This document shows, one piece after another, positions 1 to 13,000 of a stretch of DNA of 64,000 nucleotides; the stretch's first letter is position 1; each line of letters begins with the position of its first letter. The stretch spans positions 1-64,000 of the forward strand of contig MU619325.1 of the NCBI GenBank assembly GCA_025201805.1. The letters are read 5' to 3'. A model generated the notes under the pieces. That model made no database searches. It saw only the letters and a list, made by a program, of their open reading frames with translations, and was not told the origin of the DNA. A program made the translations under genes and the position numbers. Source of the DNA: Parasitella parasitica NRRL 2501. Lineage: Eukaryota > Fungi > Mucoromycota.

Positions 1-108
1 GTTTCCACTGGACAATGTCTCTATCAAAAGTTATCTGCAAAAACAGTTTTATTTTTCAATATTTATCATAAATATCACATATTTGCTCATAACTTTCAGT
101 AAATGAGA

Positions 109-267
109 TCATGTTTAACAATTAACCTTTAAATAAAATTATAACGCAGTTGTATTCATAGGAAACCTTTTTTTGTATTTAATCAGCTAATCATTAAGAA
201 TGTGAATCATTCATCGATAAGTTTAGCCTCGCAATTTAAAATAAGTACAACCCAGCTAGATGGTTTC
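109..267 (+). repeat. Dispersed repeat copy A (homologous to 40116-40275)
   Basis: Core 176-267 aligns without gaps to 40184-40275, with 9 mismatches in 92 nt by hand count. Weaker similarity extends back to about 109. Confidence 0.85.
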
Positions 268-981
268 GATACGAGCATTCTATTGATTACTCCTATTTAG
301 TATATAAAATAGTTAGTAATATTTAACTGTAGATGTGGTAAGGAATGATTAACATGATAACTGAGGAGTTGAAAAGTGTTAATCATGGTATTCTATAGGC
401 ACTATAGTTTGCATTAAACGTTTAATCTATCTTAGAATATTAATGTTAAGTAATTTAAGAGAATACTATATCCATCTCGAATCATAATTGTTCACTATTG
501 AGGAATGGATTATGCATCCAACCATGAAGAACACAAAATTATGTTAACATTTATGTTCTTTGATTCCGTTCGGCCTTTTTTTTTTGTGGCACACGAGCTA
601 AGCACAGGTTGGTAAAGTCAATCACGCAATGCAATGAAATAGTGTGCAAATAATTTTAAAAAAAATTGATGAAAAAAAAACATGTTATTATGCTATGTGT
701 TTGTCGTGTGAGATGTATTATGTTTTTTGAGTGTTCGTAACACGATTTCATTTTCATGGTGAATGATTTTAATATCTCTCGCAAATTTAGCATAATTGGA
801 CAACAACCACGTGCATTTCAATAGATCGTTGCTTTCAGAACAAATTCACTATAAAAGGTACTAGCTTCTCTGACTAATTAGCACATGAATTTAGGTATAC
901 GGATATATTGATTTTGTGGAAAACTAATCTATTTTATCGAATCAATGTTTTATTGAGGAAAATAAAGAGACAATTAAATTA

Positions 982-2874
982 TCAAATGTCTTGAATGTAG
1001 TGTTTGAGCTTCTTCATGGATGCTATATCTTTTTGGCGTTTTAAGCCGGAAACAAAATTATGGTCACTAAATAAAGTAAAAAACATTGACTAACTAGCCT
1101 CATTATAATTGTATGTATTGTGAGTTTACCAATTTAGTCTTTTTGTGATATCATCGAGATCTAAATTCAAATAATTTACGATAAATGCGCCGATATCTGT
1201 GTTTTCATGATTCCCTCTCAATGATTCCGATTTGCTTCCATAAGCATACAAATTGACGTCGACTGCAGTGTGCCCCATGGTCGTCCACTTTTAAATTTTT
1301 AATATGCAGATTATTGGAAATTAATGGCATCCAAACATTACCCCAATCTCGGCCCTTTTGCTTATAATATCTGCAAGAGCCTTAGCAAAGAACTCGTATG
1401 TCAAGTTGTTCTCTTTCCAAGCCAGTAATTGATTTATTTCAGCATCTGATGCATCTTCTACACCGGTTCCATCCTTGATAATGACCTCTATAAGATATTC
1501 TCTTGTATCCTTACCCTCTGAAATAGCTTGCATCCATTTCCAAGCCAAAATTTCGCTCGAGTTTTTTACTTTGATCAGAACTTCAGGATTCCATTCATAC
1601 TCTGGATACTCTTTAGTAACCTGACGCCCAACTGTTAACCCGCCCGTTTCGTGATCGCTTGTAGCAATCAGCACTGTTTCAGGATTCTGCTCAACGAATT
1701 TCATGAGTAATTCTATAGTTTGCTGATACTCCCAAACTTCTTCAAATTGAGTAGCAGGATCATTGCTATAAAGAAACCATTAGAGGTGGGATTTACAAAA
1801 TATATTATTGATGCCTACATATGGCCAGCCATATCAATTCTGCTAGCTTCTACCATCAAGAAAAACCCCTCTTTCGAATCCTTGATGGACTCTTTGAGGA
1901 TATCGAGAGCTTTTCCGGCCATTTCAGGAAGAGAAGGTTGGATAGAGGGCTTATTGTCTATAGCATAATCCATGTGCTATTGTTTTGAACAGTAAAGGTT
2001 GGTTTTTCGCGTATCTCTTCTATTAAAAATTTACACACATGAGGAGCAAACAAACCCATTAACGGCAACTCGACGTTCTTTGGATCTAATTGATCAAATT
2101 GCTGTCTGGTTGTAATAGTATCCCATCCATAATCTCGCTTAGCATCACCGATTAAATTGCGATTATCTAATCTACAGCTCTCCGCTGTGTTATTGCTTAA
2201 AAACTCGCACAAACCGCCCCCAAACATTAAGTCTACGGTTCTGCCCAAGGGTGTGTAGCCAACTTGATGTTCTGCAATTTGATTTTCCCAATCCCGCCAT
2301 CCGATATGAGCAGAAAATGCAGCAGGTGTGGCATGCGTAACTCTAGATTTTACTACTAATCCAGTTTTCATGTTACGGTGTACCTTGGCAGACTCCAAAA
2401 CAGTTCCACATGGTGCCTCGTCAGGATTTACTATAGATGCTAGATTAGGTATAGGATTTGGGGCGTATATCTTTATGGGCGTACCTCCAATAGCACCATT
2501 GTATGTTTTAATGGCACAAGAAAAGGCTGTGGCGCCTGCAGCGCTGTCGGTAATTAAGCTAGAGCTACTCTGCGTACGACTCGTGCCAACAAGGATCTTA
2601 TCCAGAGGGAAGATAGCGTTTACTGGTAAATCTTCTCTCCACCTGTAGTATTGCCTTGCAAAAGTCTCGGATGCAGGGCCAAACCCGTCGCTGATCATCA
2701 TGATAACGTTACGTTTGGGTTCTGTTTTGAAATTTATTCAATGAGGGAGATTTTTTTTGAGTGATGCGGATAACTACCGTTAGTGTGCTTTTTCATAACG
2801 AGAATAGTAAATAATGATATTCCGGCCAAACAGAGAAAAGCTGTTGCTGCAAGACGACGATGATATCGGGATGT
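982..2874 (-). CDS. PHO8: Vacuolar-type alkaline phosphatase (Pho8-like), multi-exon; first exon/start codon unresolved
   Basis: Spliced motifs KRNVIMMISDGFG, TDSAAGATA (catalytic Ser), VTHATPA, EASRIDMAGH, TSDHETGG, GHTAVDV. A type II TM segment (LAATAFLCLAGISLFTILV) lies in exon 2778-2874. Stop TGA at 982-984. Confidence 0.9.
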
Positions 2875-3388
2875 CTAAAATCGTGTATTTTGTGGAATAA
2901 GTAAATGAATGTGCGGTTGTATCTGAAATAGACTAAAACGAGAAGAAAGATAGACGCATAGTATTTCTTGAAAGAACCAAATAAACGAAAAAAGGGGATA
3001 GATGGATTATTGTTTAAGGAGTTGCTTGGTTAGAAGCTTGGAAAGTAAGGGATTCTGATTGATAAAGCATACTACACAGTAGCACCAAACTCGCTTATAC
3101 TATTCAACAACCCAGCTTTTTGACATTTATAATGTATAAGTTGTTTCGGATCATACCAGAGCATATTGCAAATCCTTGTTTACTTTTGGCAGCAACTTTT
3201 CCACATCCTGATCCTGCAGTTGACTGTATCGCGGAATGAAGGTATAGTCAATAACCATTTCACAAATGTTGGCCTCAGAAAAAGAGTGGTCGAATACAAA
3301 ACCGTGCATCTAGCAGCATTTTGTCGTCTGATCCAAGCAATATTATTTCGAAGCCAACTGTCAAACGCAAAATTATAAAAAAAAAAAA

Positions 3389-4156
3389 ATGAATGCATGG
3401 GACACTGAATCTGGTGAAAAAATCCAAGTAGCATCTTCTCCAGACCCTACCAAAGCTTTTGAAAGCAACAAACAAGAGTTGCCTTCAACAGATCAACCAT
3501 TACATGCTGCTAGTACTAGCATAGATATTCCTACGCCTTCACCTTCACCTGCTGTGCCTGAGTCAAGTCCTAATAATGACTCTGCCTCCGAAAAGCCTAG
3601 TCTACCACGATTTATTCTGCGAATTTGGCAATTTTTTGCTGCCATTGGTGCCTTTGGGTTCCAAGTTGGAGCATCTCCGGTATGTTGACCGTTACAACAA
3701 AGAAACCCCTCAAACTAATGAAATTTATAGTATTCTGGGGAGCCAATTCCATTTGGAAAATTAGGGTTACTTTACTATGGATACACCGTATGCTGGGTAT
3801 CTATTGTGTGGAGCTCATTTAATATATTTGTGTATTTGACAAGACGATTTGGCAAAGGCCATAAAGTCAAGCGATTCGTCTCGACGCTTTTTGATTTTAT
3901 TCTAGCTGCATTATTCGGCGTATGTGTATTCTATGAGATCGCAACTTACCAATGCAAACCTGGCATGCACAACGGATGGTAAAAAAAAAAAGATTGCATG
4001 AAACGCATGTATACGATGATATACTCACAACTTCTTTTTATTCTCAGGTGCAACTTTTACAATACTGGCCTATTCTTCTTGATGTCTCTGTTTTTAACGT
4101 ACGTTATACATGCACTATGGGATGTCTTTGGTGCAATGTCCTGTCTAAGAAAATAA
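3389..4156 (+). CDS. MARVEL-like four-TM membrane protein, 3 exons
   Basis: Exons 3389-3679, 3731-~3978 and ~4049-4156 join in frame. Low-complexity N-terminus, then four hydrophobic helices with a C..C loop before TM4. Confidence 0.7.
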
Positions 4157-4550
4157 TGTACAATGTATATTGATGATAACCTAATAATTACTATATAATA
4201 ATAACATGTATGACATACTGCATCTACTTTCTTAAAAATATCGATATTTTAACACGAATACAGAGATTATCGAAATAAGGAGCTTCTTTTTTTTTGTTTT
4301 GTTATTTCAAGAGTATACAATTTAAGGGGTTATAAATTGATGGTCCTTGCATGTCGAAAGTTTTGTTCCATCTTTATCTGACACATGACGTTAATTCATA
4401 AATATTATTAATGTACAAAGGACAACATTTTATTGACTGCCAAAAGATTTGATTGAATCCAATACAGTAATGATTATGAAAATATACTTTAATGAGTGTG
4501 TTGGCCTTTAAAAAGGACTGGCAGATGCATGAGGAAAAACCATGTTCTTT

Positions 4551-6363
4551 TTAGCGTCCATACATTTCTTCGAAATAAGGTGCTAGTCGGCTGCGGTCCA
4601 CAGTTCCAATATAGTACTGACCACCCTTATTTGTCCAGCTAACAGCTTCAGAATAATATTCAAACTCTTCGACTCGTAGGATGGATTCAGGCATATTTAA
4701 AGTACGTTGATTAATTTTATGATTCTTGGGAACAAATGATTTCAAAGAGATGATTTTGGTGCCCTCTTTCAGGTCTAGAAAGAGTTGTGCCAACGCCTGA
4801 TTTGTAGCTGCATCGAATGCGTAATTGTTCACTAATAATACGTCGGATCGCTTAAGTGTGGAATAAAGATCATTGGCTGCAACATCAAGGAAATCGCCAT
4901 GTCTGAAATGAATTTTACCTGTAGGTAATCGCCAGGCTCTAATCTCACATTGGTTAGAATTGGTCATTCATACACAAATATCAACATTTACACTTACTTC
5001 ATACGCGCAGCATATTCCTTTAATTGTCTTTTGGCGAATTTACACGGTGTCTCCATTATTTCTATACCGTAAGCTTCACATCCAGTTTGTGCAGCTACTT
5101 GAAGTACAACATTTCCAATGCCACAGCCCAGATCCATAAAAACACTGCGGGAATTAACCCCTGTTTTCGTGATGAAATCCTTAACCAAAATGGGGTTGAT
5201 CTCTCCATAGACATTATTCGAAAATGCTACTAGAAAATTAGTGCACATGCATAGAATGCAAGTATAAATATATTAAATACCTTGATAATTATTTAACGCA
5301 TCTGCCTGACGTGCTACGGTTCGACTATAAACCTGAAAAAGAATATGACAAGCCAAGTCGTAATTTGGATGACACATGTCCCTGGCATTTTTACTAAGAA
5401 CGCCATCTGCCTTAAATTGTCGTATAACCTTGTTAAACTCTCTAATAGCCTGAGCAAATCCAGCTCCATTACGGCGATTACGATATTTTATGAGATTGCG
5501 CATGATTCCATGAGATTGATTTCCGAGTAATTTCTGTTCTTCTGATGTCAGATAACAATCGTAAATAAGTTCTGCTGTGCGCATCAAATCAGTGATGGGA
5601 TTGTATTCATCTTGATCCTCCTCTTCTTCCTCGTATTTTCCAGCTGCGTTTTTAATTACAGGCTTTAATAGCAGAAAGCTGAAAAGCAGGTCAGATAACA
5701 AATAAATAAATAAAACCTTTAATACGTACTTTTCAGGTTCGATGGATCCGGGATATTCAAGAGTAGCACGCAAATTTTTTTCTTTGTGGGTGGGAGCAGT
5801 TCCACTTGGATTATCTGAGTCAGGTTCAGTGAAATCTAATCGAGTAAATTGCGGTTACAACAAATAATAATCAGAGATACTGTACACAACTTACATGGTC
5901 TGTATTGAACAATCTCAGCTTGAACGACTCTATCTGAATGTGTGATGGATTTTCCCGGTTTAGATTGAGGTGTTTTGTCTTTTGCAGCTTTCTTCTCTCG
6001 GGTATTATCGAATGCAGAACTTGATAAACGTCTTTTTGTAACTGTGGATTCAGACTTTGATACATGTTCTAAATGTTCAGCTTTATTCGATGTCACCGTT
6101 GTAGTGCTTTTGGTAGTAACAGTGGCACTAGCACGAACAGTATGGGATACCGTCGTGGATGTCTGTATTTGACTGTGCGGTTGTTGCTTTTGGGAAGTTG
6201 ACGTTGCTGTTGCTGCTGCCGCTGCTGCCGCTGCTGCTGCTGCTGCTAACTTGCTTGCCATTACTTTTTTGGGTGGCAATGCCACTGTTTGCTTATTTTG
6301 ATCTTTCTCGATCAAAAGATGGCTTCTGTCATCTTTTTTTGAAGAACTATCAATTGTGGTCAT
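4551..6363 (-). CDS. DOT1: Histone H3K79 methyltransferase Dot1
   Basis: Motifs NNVYGE, VFMDLGCGIGNVVLQVAAQTGC (SAM binding), GIEIM, VLLVNNYAF, KIISLKSF, VSWT; GT-AG introns. Confidence 0.93.
6209..6247 (-). repeat. GCA/GCG trinucleotide run encoding poly-Ala in the Dot1 N-terminus
   Basis: (gct)n/(gcc)n on the + strand, translating as AAAAAAAAAAAA. Confidence 0.85.
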
Positions 6364-6655
6364 AATTACTTTGAGAGTAAAAGAAAGAAAAGCAGGGAGA
6401 CTCAAAAAAAATCGACACTTTTAGTTAATGGAAGGCCAAGGAAAATCCTAAAGCCATCCAGTAATAACTAACGCGGCTTCCTAATAGATGAGACTTTCTT
6501 TTGAAGCCAACTTGAAAGCATTCAAGATGAAGTTGTTCATTTATTCTGAGAAGTCTACAGATAGTAGTTCCATATTAAAGGCATACTTTTATATATATAT
6601 ATGTATTTAAATATGTTCTTTTATACAAATTTTTCGTGCTTCAAGAAAAAAAGAA

Positions 6656-6782
6656 TTACAAAGACATCATGTTATTAAAGCCTGGAGGACCTGGTTGATG
6701 TTGCTCCTGCTGCTGCTGTTGATGGTGCTGTTGATGTTGCTGTTGCTGGTGATGTTGCTGTTGCTGTTGCTGTTGCTGGTGA

Positions 6783-6814
<32 letters not shown>

Positions 6815-9622
6815 TTGAAATTGAAGTTGCTGCTGCTGAAGTTGCATTTGCATTCTTAATTGATATTGTTGTTGCTGTAATTGCATCTGTTGCAACACTT
6901 GAGGTGATTGCTGAGGATTTAGTTGTTGCTGTGGCTGTGGCTGTAGATGTGGTTGTTGGCCATTAAGGAACATGGAAGGACTAGTGCCAGCTAACTGCTG
7001 CTGCAGCTGTGCCGGTGTGATGCTATTAGCGATTGCAGTTGCAGAGCTACCTCGCTTGGTCATTTCGAGATGAATTGAAAGTAACTTCTTCTTCAACAGT
7101 GATTGATCATGCTCAAGCTGATGTTTTTCCTTTTCCAATTTCCTCTTTTGTTCCTCCACTACATCTTCGAGTGATACATAATGAGATGCTTGTTGTTTAT
7201 ATTGAGCCAATTTAAATCGGATTAACGTGTTTGTCAAGTTACATAATTCGTTCTCTTCCTTTTCGGTTTTAGGTGATTCTTGTTCTTCAGTTATCGCTTT
7301 TGTGTCTGCTCCTTGCTCTTCGTCTTGCTTCGCTTCATCTACTTTTTCTACATCTGACGTGTCTTTCTTTTCTGATTCAACCTCACAATCCTCTTTTGCA
7401 CCCTCAGCTTTTTTTTCTTCCTCTTTAACTAAAGTCTCATCTTCTGCTTCAACTTCTATCATGATTTCGTCTTTAAATTTCTCTATATCAATGTGCCCTG
7501 CTGCTGCTGCCACTTCTGGTTGGACAGCTGATGCCAAGAATGCAACTGCTGCCATGATTGGATTTTCTTGGTACTGTGCAAAATCATATTGTAACAAGCC
7601 CAGTTTTTGAATCTCTACATCAGAAAATGGATCATTTGTTGGTAACTGAAGATAGTGTAAAATGCATTCCTCTTGAGTTCTTGTGCCAACATGGTTAGAT
7701 ATCTTTTCCCAGTCGTCTTGGTATAACTTTAGACCTTGTTTTAGTAGTGATTCTTCTTTTTCATCCCAAGCGTCGCCATCTTCAGTATCATCGTTTTTAT
7801 TTCCAACCCTTTCCAATACAAAATTTCCATTATCTTGGTCCATAGGGTATTTTCCTGCTACAAAGCATGGACGGCAAAGGTAAAAGTTGGTTTGAGTTGT
7901 ACTGCAAAATTGTTCGCTTGTGCATTCAGTTTCACAAGATGAGCATTTTTGAGGTTTCTTCTCTTTCCCAAAACTATAACGACTAACGGCAGGTTCATCC
8001 TTTACGCGAAAATCTTGTTTTTCGTTTGCTTCTTCTGTGAGCTGATTCTCAATGACTTTATCTATGACAACCTTGAACTGGCTGTCAAAAGGTGGACTCA
8101 GAGAAGACAATTTGACTTCAGGATCAACCTACATTCACACCTGTCAGTAGTTGTAACTATAATTCAAAAGGTGAAGTCAAGTTACCTGATAGTTAATTAA
8201 TCCCCATTGTTCCAAAAACGAATGCACACGAAGAATAGCACATACATCACCTATTAAATTACGTCTACATGCTGTAATTGTGAGGTATTCCACGGGATTC
8301 ATACGATAGGTATTCACCATAAAATCACGGTAAGTTTTATAGACCGTAGGTGTTTTTGATTTGTTGCGATCATTAAAGAATTCTGGTAAAGCTCTTGACT
8401 CGATAACATTGACTGTAGTAATATCGAACCAAGCAGCATACGATGGGATAACAATTTCATGGGATTGAATAGTAAGATAACGTTGAGGATCCTCTTCAGG
8501 TAAAGGTATAGCTGAAAGATCTACAGGCAAAAGAGGTGCCTGAATTACAGAATCGGTATTTTCTGTTTTGGCGGTTGGAACCGGACTTGAAGGTGTCTGT
8601 GATGGTGCATTATCCTCAGTAATAAGTGTCGATATTTCGTTTCCTAATTGTACTGTGGGTTGTTCACCAATTGGGGTTTTCACTTTTTTTAATGGACTAT
8701 TTGTATCTAAAACTGCTGATTCATCTGCTGATCTCTTCAAACTCATGCGATTCAAGTGTTTTTCAGGATAATCGTAATCAATAGGTGACATCCACTCGTT
8801 ATACTTGTAACTGTCTAAGATCCAGGTGGCTCTGATATGCCATGGGCTAGATAAACTAGGCTTAGGGACCTGACCATCTCCAATTTCTGTTACCCAAGTA
8901 TTGTATGAATCAGGTAAACCAATGTAATGGATCAATGCTTTTCCATTTTTTTGTTCTTCAATATAAAAGGGGCAACTCTCGCTGTTGAATACAGGCTCAA
9001 CACTGTTGTAAATAATGTGCGTAGCGCTTGGAATTACATCAACAATTTGACCTGGTACGTGAAATTTGAGAAACCTGGTCTACAAGTGCACAGTTCACCA
9101 AATGAACTTACCTCCTAATGCCATTACAATACGTGACCATTCATCAATATCAGTTTTGTTGGTAACTGTTTCGTCAAAGGCAACAACCGGAGGCATATAG
9201 AATCCATCTTGAATCAGTTGCTCTGTGATAACTCTAACAAGTTCAAGGTATATATCTCTTTCTTCTGGCGCGTCAAATTGCCAATCGCTAATGTCATTAT
9301 CAGATTGAAATGTATACGCTGCTTGCAAAATGGTGTAGAGTGGTGATGGTTTAGATAGCATCTCCACATTGAAGAAATGAGTTGGTATGCGAGCAGGTAA
9401 TGGCTTGCTTTGATTTCTATTCAAGCGCAGGGCGTTTTGTTGAAATTGTAAAAATCGAGCTGTAAAATAGGCTAGTTCGGGTGCTGTAAAAGTTGTATCT
9501 ACACCTATTGATCCCAGGTCATCTCGTAAATCCTCAACAATGGCATCAAAGTAGGAAATGGTGCTAGGCTGTTCGTAAAAATTAAAGTCTATCTTGGGTG
9601 CTTGCTCTGTGGTAGTTGTCAT
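6656..9622 (-). CDS. SWI/SNF-RSC subunit of the SMARCC/Swi3/Rsc8/Ssr family (N-terminal module, SWIRM, ZZ-like finger, SANT, coiled coil, polyQ tail)
   Basis: SWIRM: IVIPSYAAWF..ALPEFF..YRDFMVNTYRMNP..DVCAILRVHSFLEQWGLINYQV. SANT: WDEKEESLL..DDWEKISNHVGTRTQEECILHYLQLP. Also ENPIMAAVAFLAS. Confidence 0.95.
6697..6900 (-). repeat. CAA/CAG microsatellite encoding polyQ/His tract
   Basis: tgc/tgt triplet runs; protein QQQQQHHQQQQ. Confidence 0.9.
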
Positions 9623-9967
9623 TTTTCGTTTGATATCTCTTATACGCGTTCAAGGAATATACACATATACACGCAATCACAAATAAATAAGAAAAAATCT
9701 ATACTTTTTAACTTTTCAATATTAAATGTTGGCTTGGTAATATATATTTGGAAATATATTAATAGTTGGTTGTTAAATTGATTAAAAAAGACCTTGATAG
9801 AATGTGGAAACTTGACTACCTTTACAGTATTTCGTTTGTTGATTGCAAACCACTAATTTATGACGTAGTCATATACATAAGCTCTAGGATGTTAGAAACA
9901 TAACTAGTCACGTGATTGTAAAAATGTAATGATTAAAATATTTTTAATTTTTTAGTCATCAATAGAA

Positions 9968-10041
9968 GCTTCTATGGCGCAATTGGCTAGCGCGTCTGAC
10001 TGTTAATCAGGAGGTTGGTGGTTCAAGCCCACCTAGGAGCG
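9968..10041 (+). tRNA. tRNA-Asn(GTT), intronless
   Basis: Acceptor stem GCTTCTA/TAGGAGC, D arm TGGCGCAATTGGCTAGCGC, anticodon arm TCTGA-CTGTTAA-TCAGG, T arm GGTGGTTCAAGCCCACC, followed by an oligo-T Pol III terminator. Confidence 0.97.
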
Positions 10042-13000
10042 TTTTTTTATTTTTTTTATAAAATTGTCTTTCAGGCTTTAATGCGCTTTCCTGATAGTTT
10101 CGTGAGCAGAGATGGGATTATTATAGGATATAAGTATAAGATATTTTAAGAGATAAAAAGATACCGTTTATTCTTTTGTACTTTGATAGATATTTATATT
10201 AACTAAAAGGTTACACACAAGGTCAGTATGAACCTGACAATAGAATCTATATCCTTCGTAACATGTGTATTGCCGCACTAAATGGTTTACCAGAGTTCGA
10301 GATATTAATAAAAAAAGTGCCATGAAATCCAAATTTTAACTGTTTGGCCAAATGTAACTAACAATAATGCGAAGATTGAATCTGTTCAGCTGCTGCTGCC
10401 GCCGCTTCGTGCATACATGCATTAGATTTAGTAAATAAGAGGATACCCATTACCTCGTATAGAGGGTCCAACAGAACAAAAAAATCAATAGGATGTTTTA
10501 CAAAGTATTTAAACTAGCTCTAAGTAAAACACAGGTATTAAAAATGTCTTGGGTTTATAAACTGTTTACATCTCATTTAAATAAATAATATTTGGCAATA
10601 CTTCCTCAGTTGTTCCCATTGTACTCTCCACCGCTTATCTGACAATTTCGGACAGTTATATAATGCACTTGTTATAAGTTTTTCATTAAATGGCATAGCA
10701 CAATAATATAGAATACATTTTGTGTGTTTGAAATCGGAAATACTCTCTGATTATTTATGTAAATTTCATTTTCCTTCAGTTGTCATAGTAACAATATTGA
10801 CAATGTTGCCAGGCTCATCTTTCAGAGGGATTTAATAGCTGTATTTTTTGATTAATAGGAATTAATGAACTACACCTCTGGACTAGCTGCTTAATTTAAC
10901 ATAATTAGAGCTTTAACCTGTGCGAAGACCAAACTAGAGATATTTTTTCCGTATGTGCCAATTTCATAATCAAACTGAATCCTGTATACTCATAAATTTA
11001 ACATGGTCTTTTTGTTTTATGCTATTTTTTATATAAAAACTATCGCCTCGACTACTTGGAAAAAGTTCATAGATGTCAAATCCAATAATGATCGGTTAGA
11101 TCTTAGAATCTAGAAAACTCAACAACTACGATTCCAAGGTATTCACTGCTTCTGATAGTGATTCAAAGAACGAATAAAACTTATACTAACCTGAGAATAT
11201 ATCATGTAGAAATACCCTTTTTTTTTAAGGAACTTTTTCGATATATTCACACAGAAATTGGGTAAGATAGAATTGGTTTGTTATGATGCGAAAGCTAAAA
11301 TATGAGTCCCACCTCCAATACTCGATACGCCTTAAGCAACTTCTAGTAAATTTAGATGTGTCAAATCCTTTTTTTTACCCCTCTCCCTTCTATTAACACG
11401 TATTATTAACACTAGAAATCATCTATATAGCTACAAATAGATTTCTTCAGGCACAAATCGTATAACTGCAATTGAGAAATACAACAAGAGAGTTAAATAA
11501 ACTTGAGCTGTAAATAAAATGTTTGCTTATCGAGGGATGTCTTTATGTGAGAGGCTATCGAGCTATAAACCTTTTAAAAGATCACAACTGTTGAAAAAAA
11601 AAAAAGGTCAATTTAACATAAATGATTTTATATGAGTTTTCACAAACTCATATCCGTTGGTTGTAAACTTCAACTTTTTATCATTTATGAACTAAGTATA
11701 TGATTAGTGTCCCCTAAGCTTTTATATATGTAAATAGAGTGTTTGTTACAACCGTGGTATGAAAAATATCAAAGAGAAAGTATAATATCATTACCTCCAA
11801 TCAAGACAATATTGTCGATGACCAAATTTTTTTTTTCAATCAATGTCTCGGCCATCTCTAGTTTGTTAGCTTGTTCAACGTATGTATGTAATATCATATT
11901 AACCAAACTTGCTAATATTATATGTTTATGTCCCCCAAAACCAGCTCTCATTAGCTATACCCACAATGATAACGAGGAAGGGTTCGTGAAACCCACCCTC
12001 AAAATGCCTCTCCACACCTTTATCAAAAATCACCAGGCCAAACTAATCAAGTCAATACGGTATAAAAAAATTCGAAGAAGTATCAGTTCATTCAATATAA
12101 TTCTTTAGTCAAGCTTTACATGTATAGTTGTTGTGCATGTGTCCTACTCAAAAAATATACTCGTGTTTAATCCTTTATCTTTCTTCCCGCGCGCCGTGGT
12201 AGATTTTATCAAACTTAACCTTAGCAAAATGAACAAAAAAGGAATTTTTCACTGAGATGATTGAACCTTAAACATCTTTCCCACGAAAAAAACAAAAGAG
12301 ATATGCCAATTCGACATCTTGAGCTTAATCTAGCTATTATACGAGTATCATATTTTGCTATTAGAAAGCATAAAAAGTGCAATTAAACACGATTTTTTAA
12401 GCGTTATGAAATACTCAAAATTCTTGCTTGGAATAGCTTCAAACTACTTGAACACTACGGAAATGTCGTACATTTGACGAGATATAGTATAGACTTTGTT
12501 TTTATATCCGCGGTTGTAAGGTATGACAATAGCCAGAGCTACAGGACTTTATTGATACCATGGTAAAATTGCACGAATGTATTTATTAACAGGATGAATA
12601 CATTTTGGTAAGGTTTTGTTATATTAACAAGCAGAAAGCTCTTATTGATGTCGATATTTTCAGGCTTAGGAATTCGCCAGATTAATTAAGAATTAACCAT
12701 AATTACTTTTAGTTGCAATGTCACTTGTGATACAATTACTTTATACCCTAGCAAGTAAGTTCTCATCTAATTTTTAACATGTGCTCTTTAATGTTCACAG
12801 AGGATAAATCACAAATATATAATATATAAATGATACTTACGAAGTGAACCGGAAGAAACGGGAACTCTAAAATATAGATATATCGATCTAGAGTGTGCGA
12901 AACAACATGATTGGATTTTGCTGTAAACGGGTAAATCGCTTCTCTTTCCAAATCAAGAATTCTATTTCGTTCTTTTCTATATCAGTGATCGTGTATTGAA

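Noticed and set aside
9907-9960. GTCACGTGA plus an AT-rich tract resembling budding-yeast CDEI/CDEII
   Set aside because: The AT tract is only about 45 nt, there is no CDEIII, and it runs into a tRNA. More likely an ordinary bHLH E-box.
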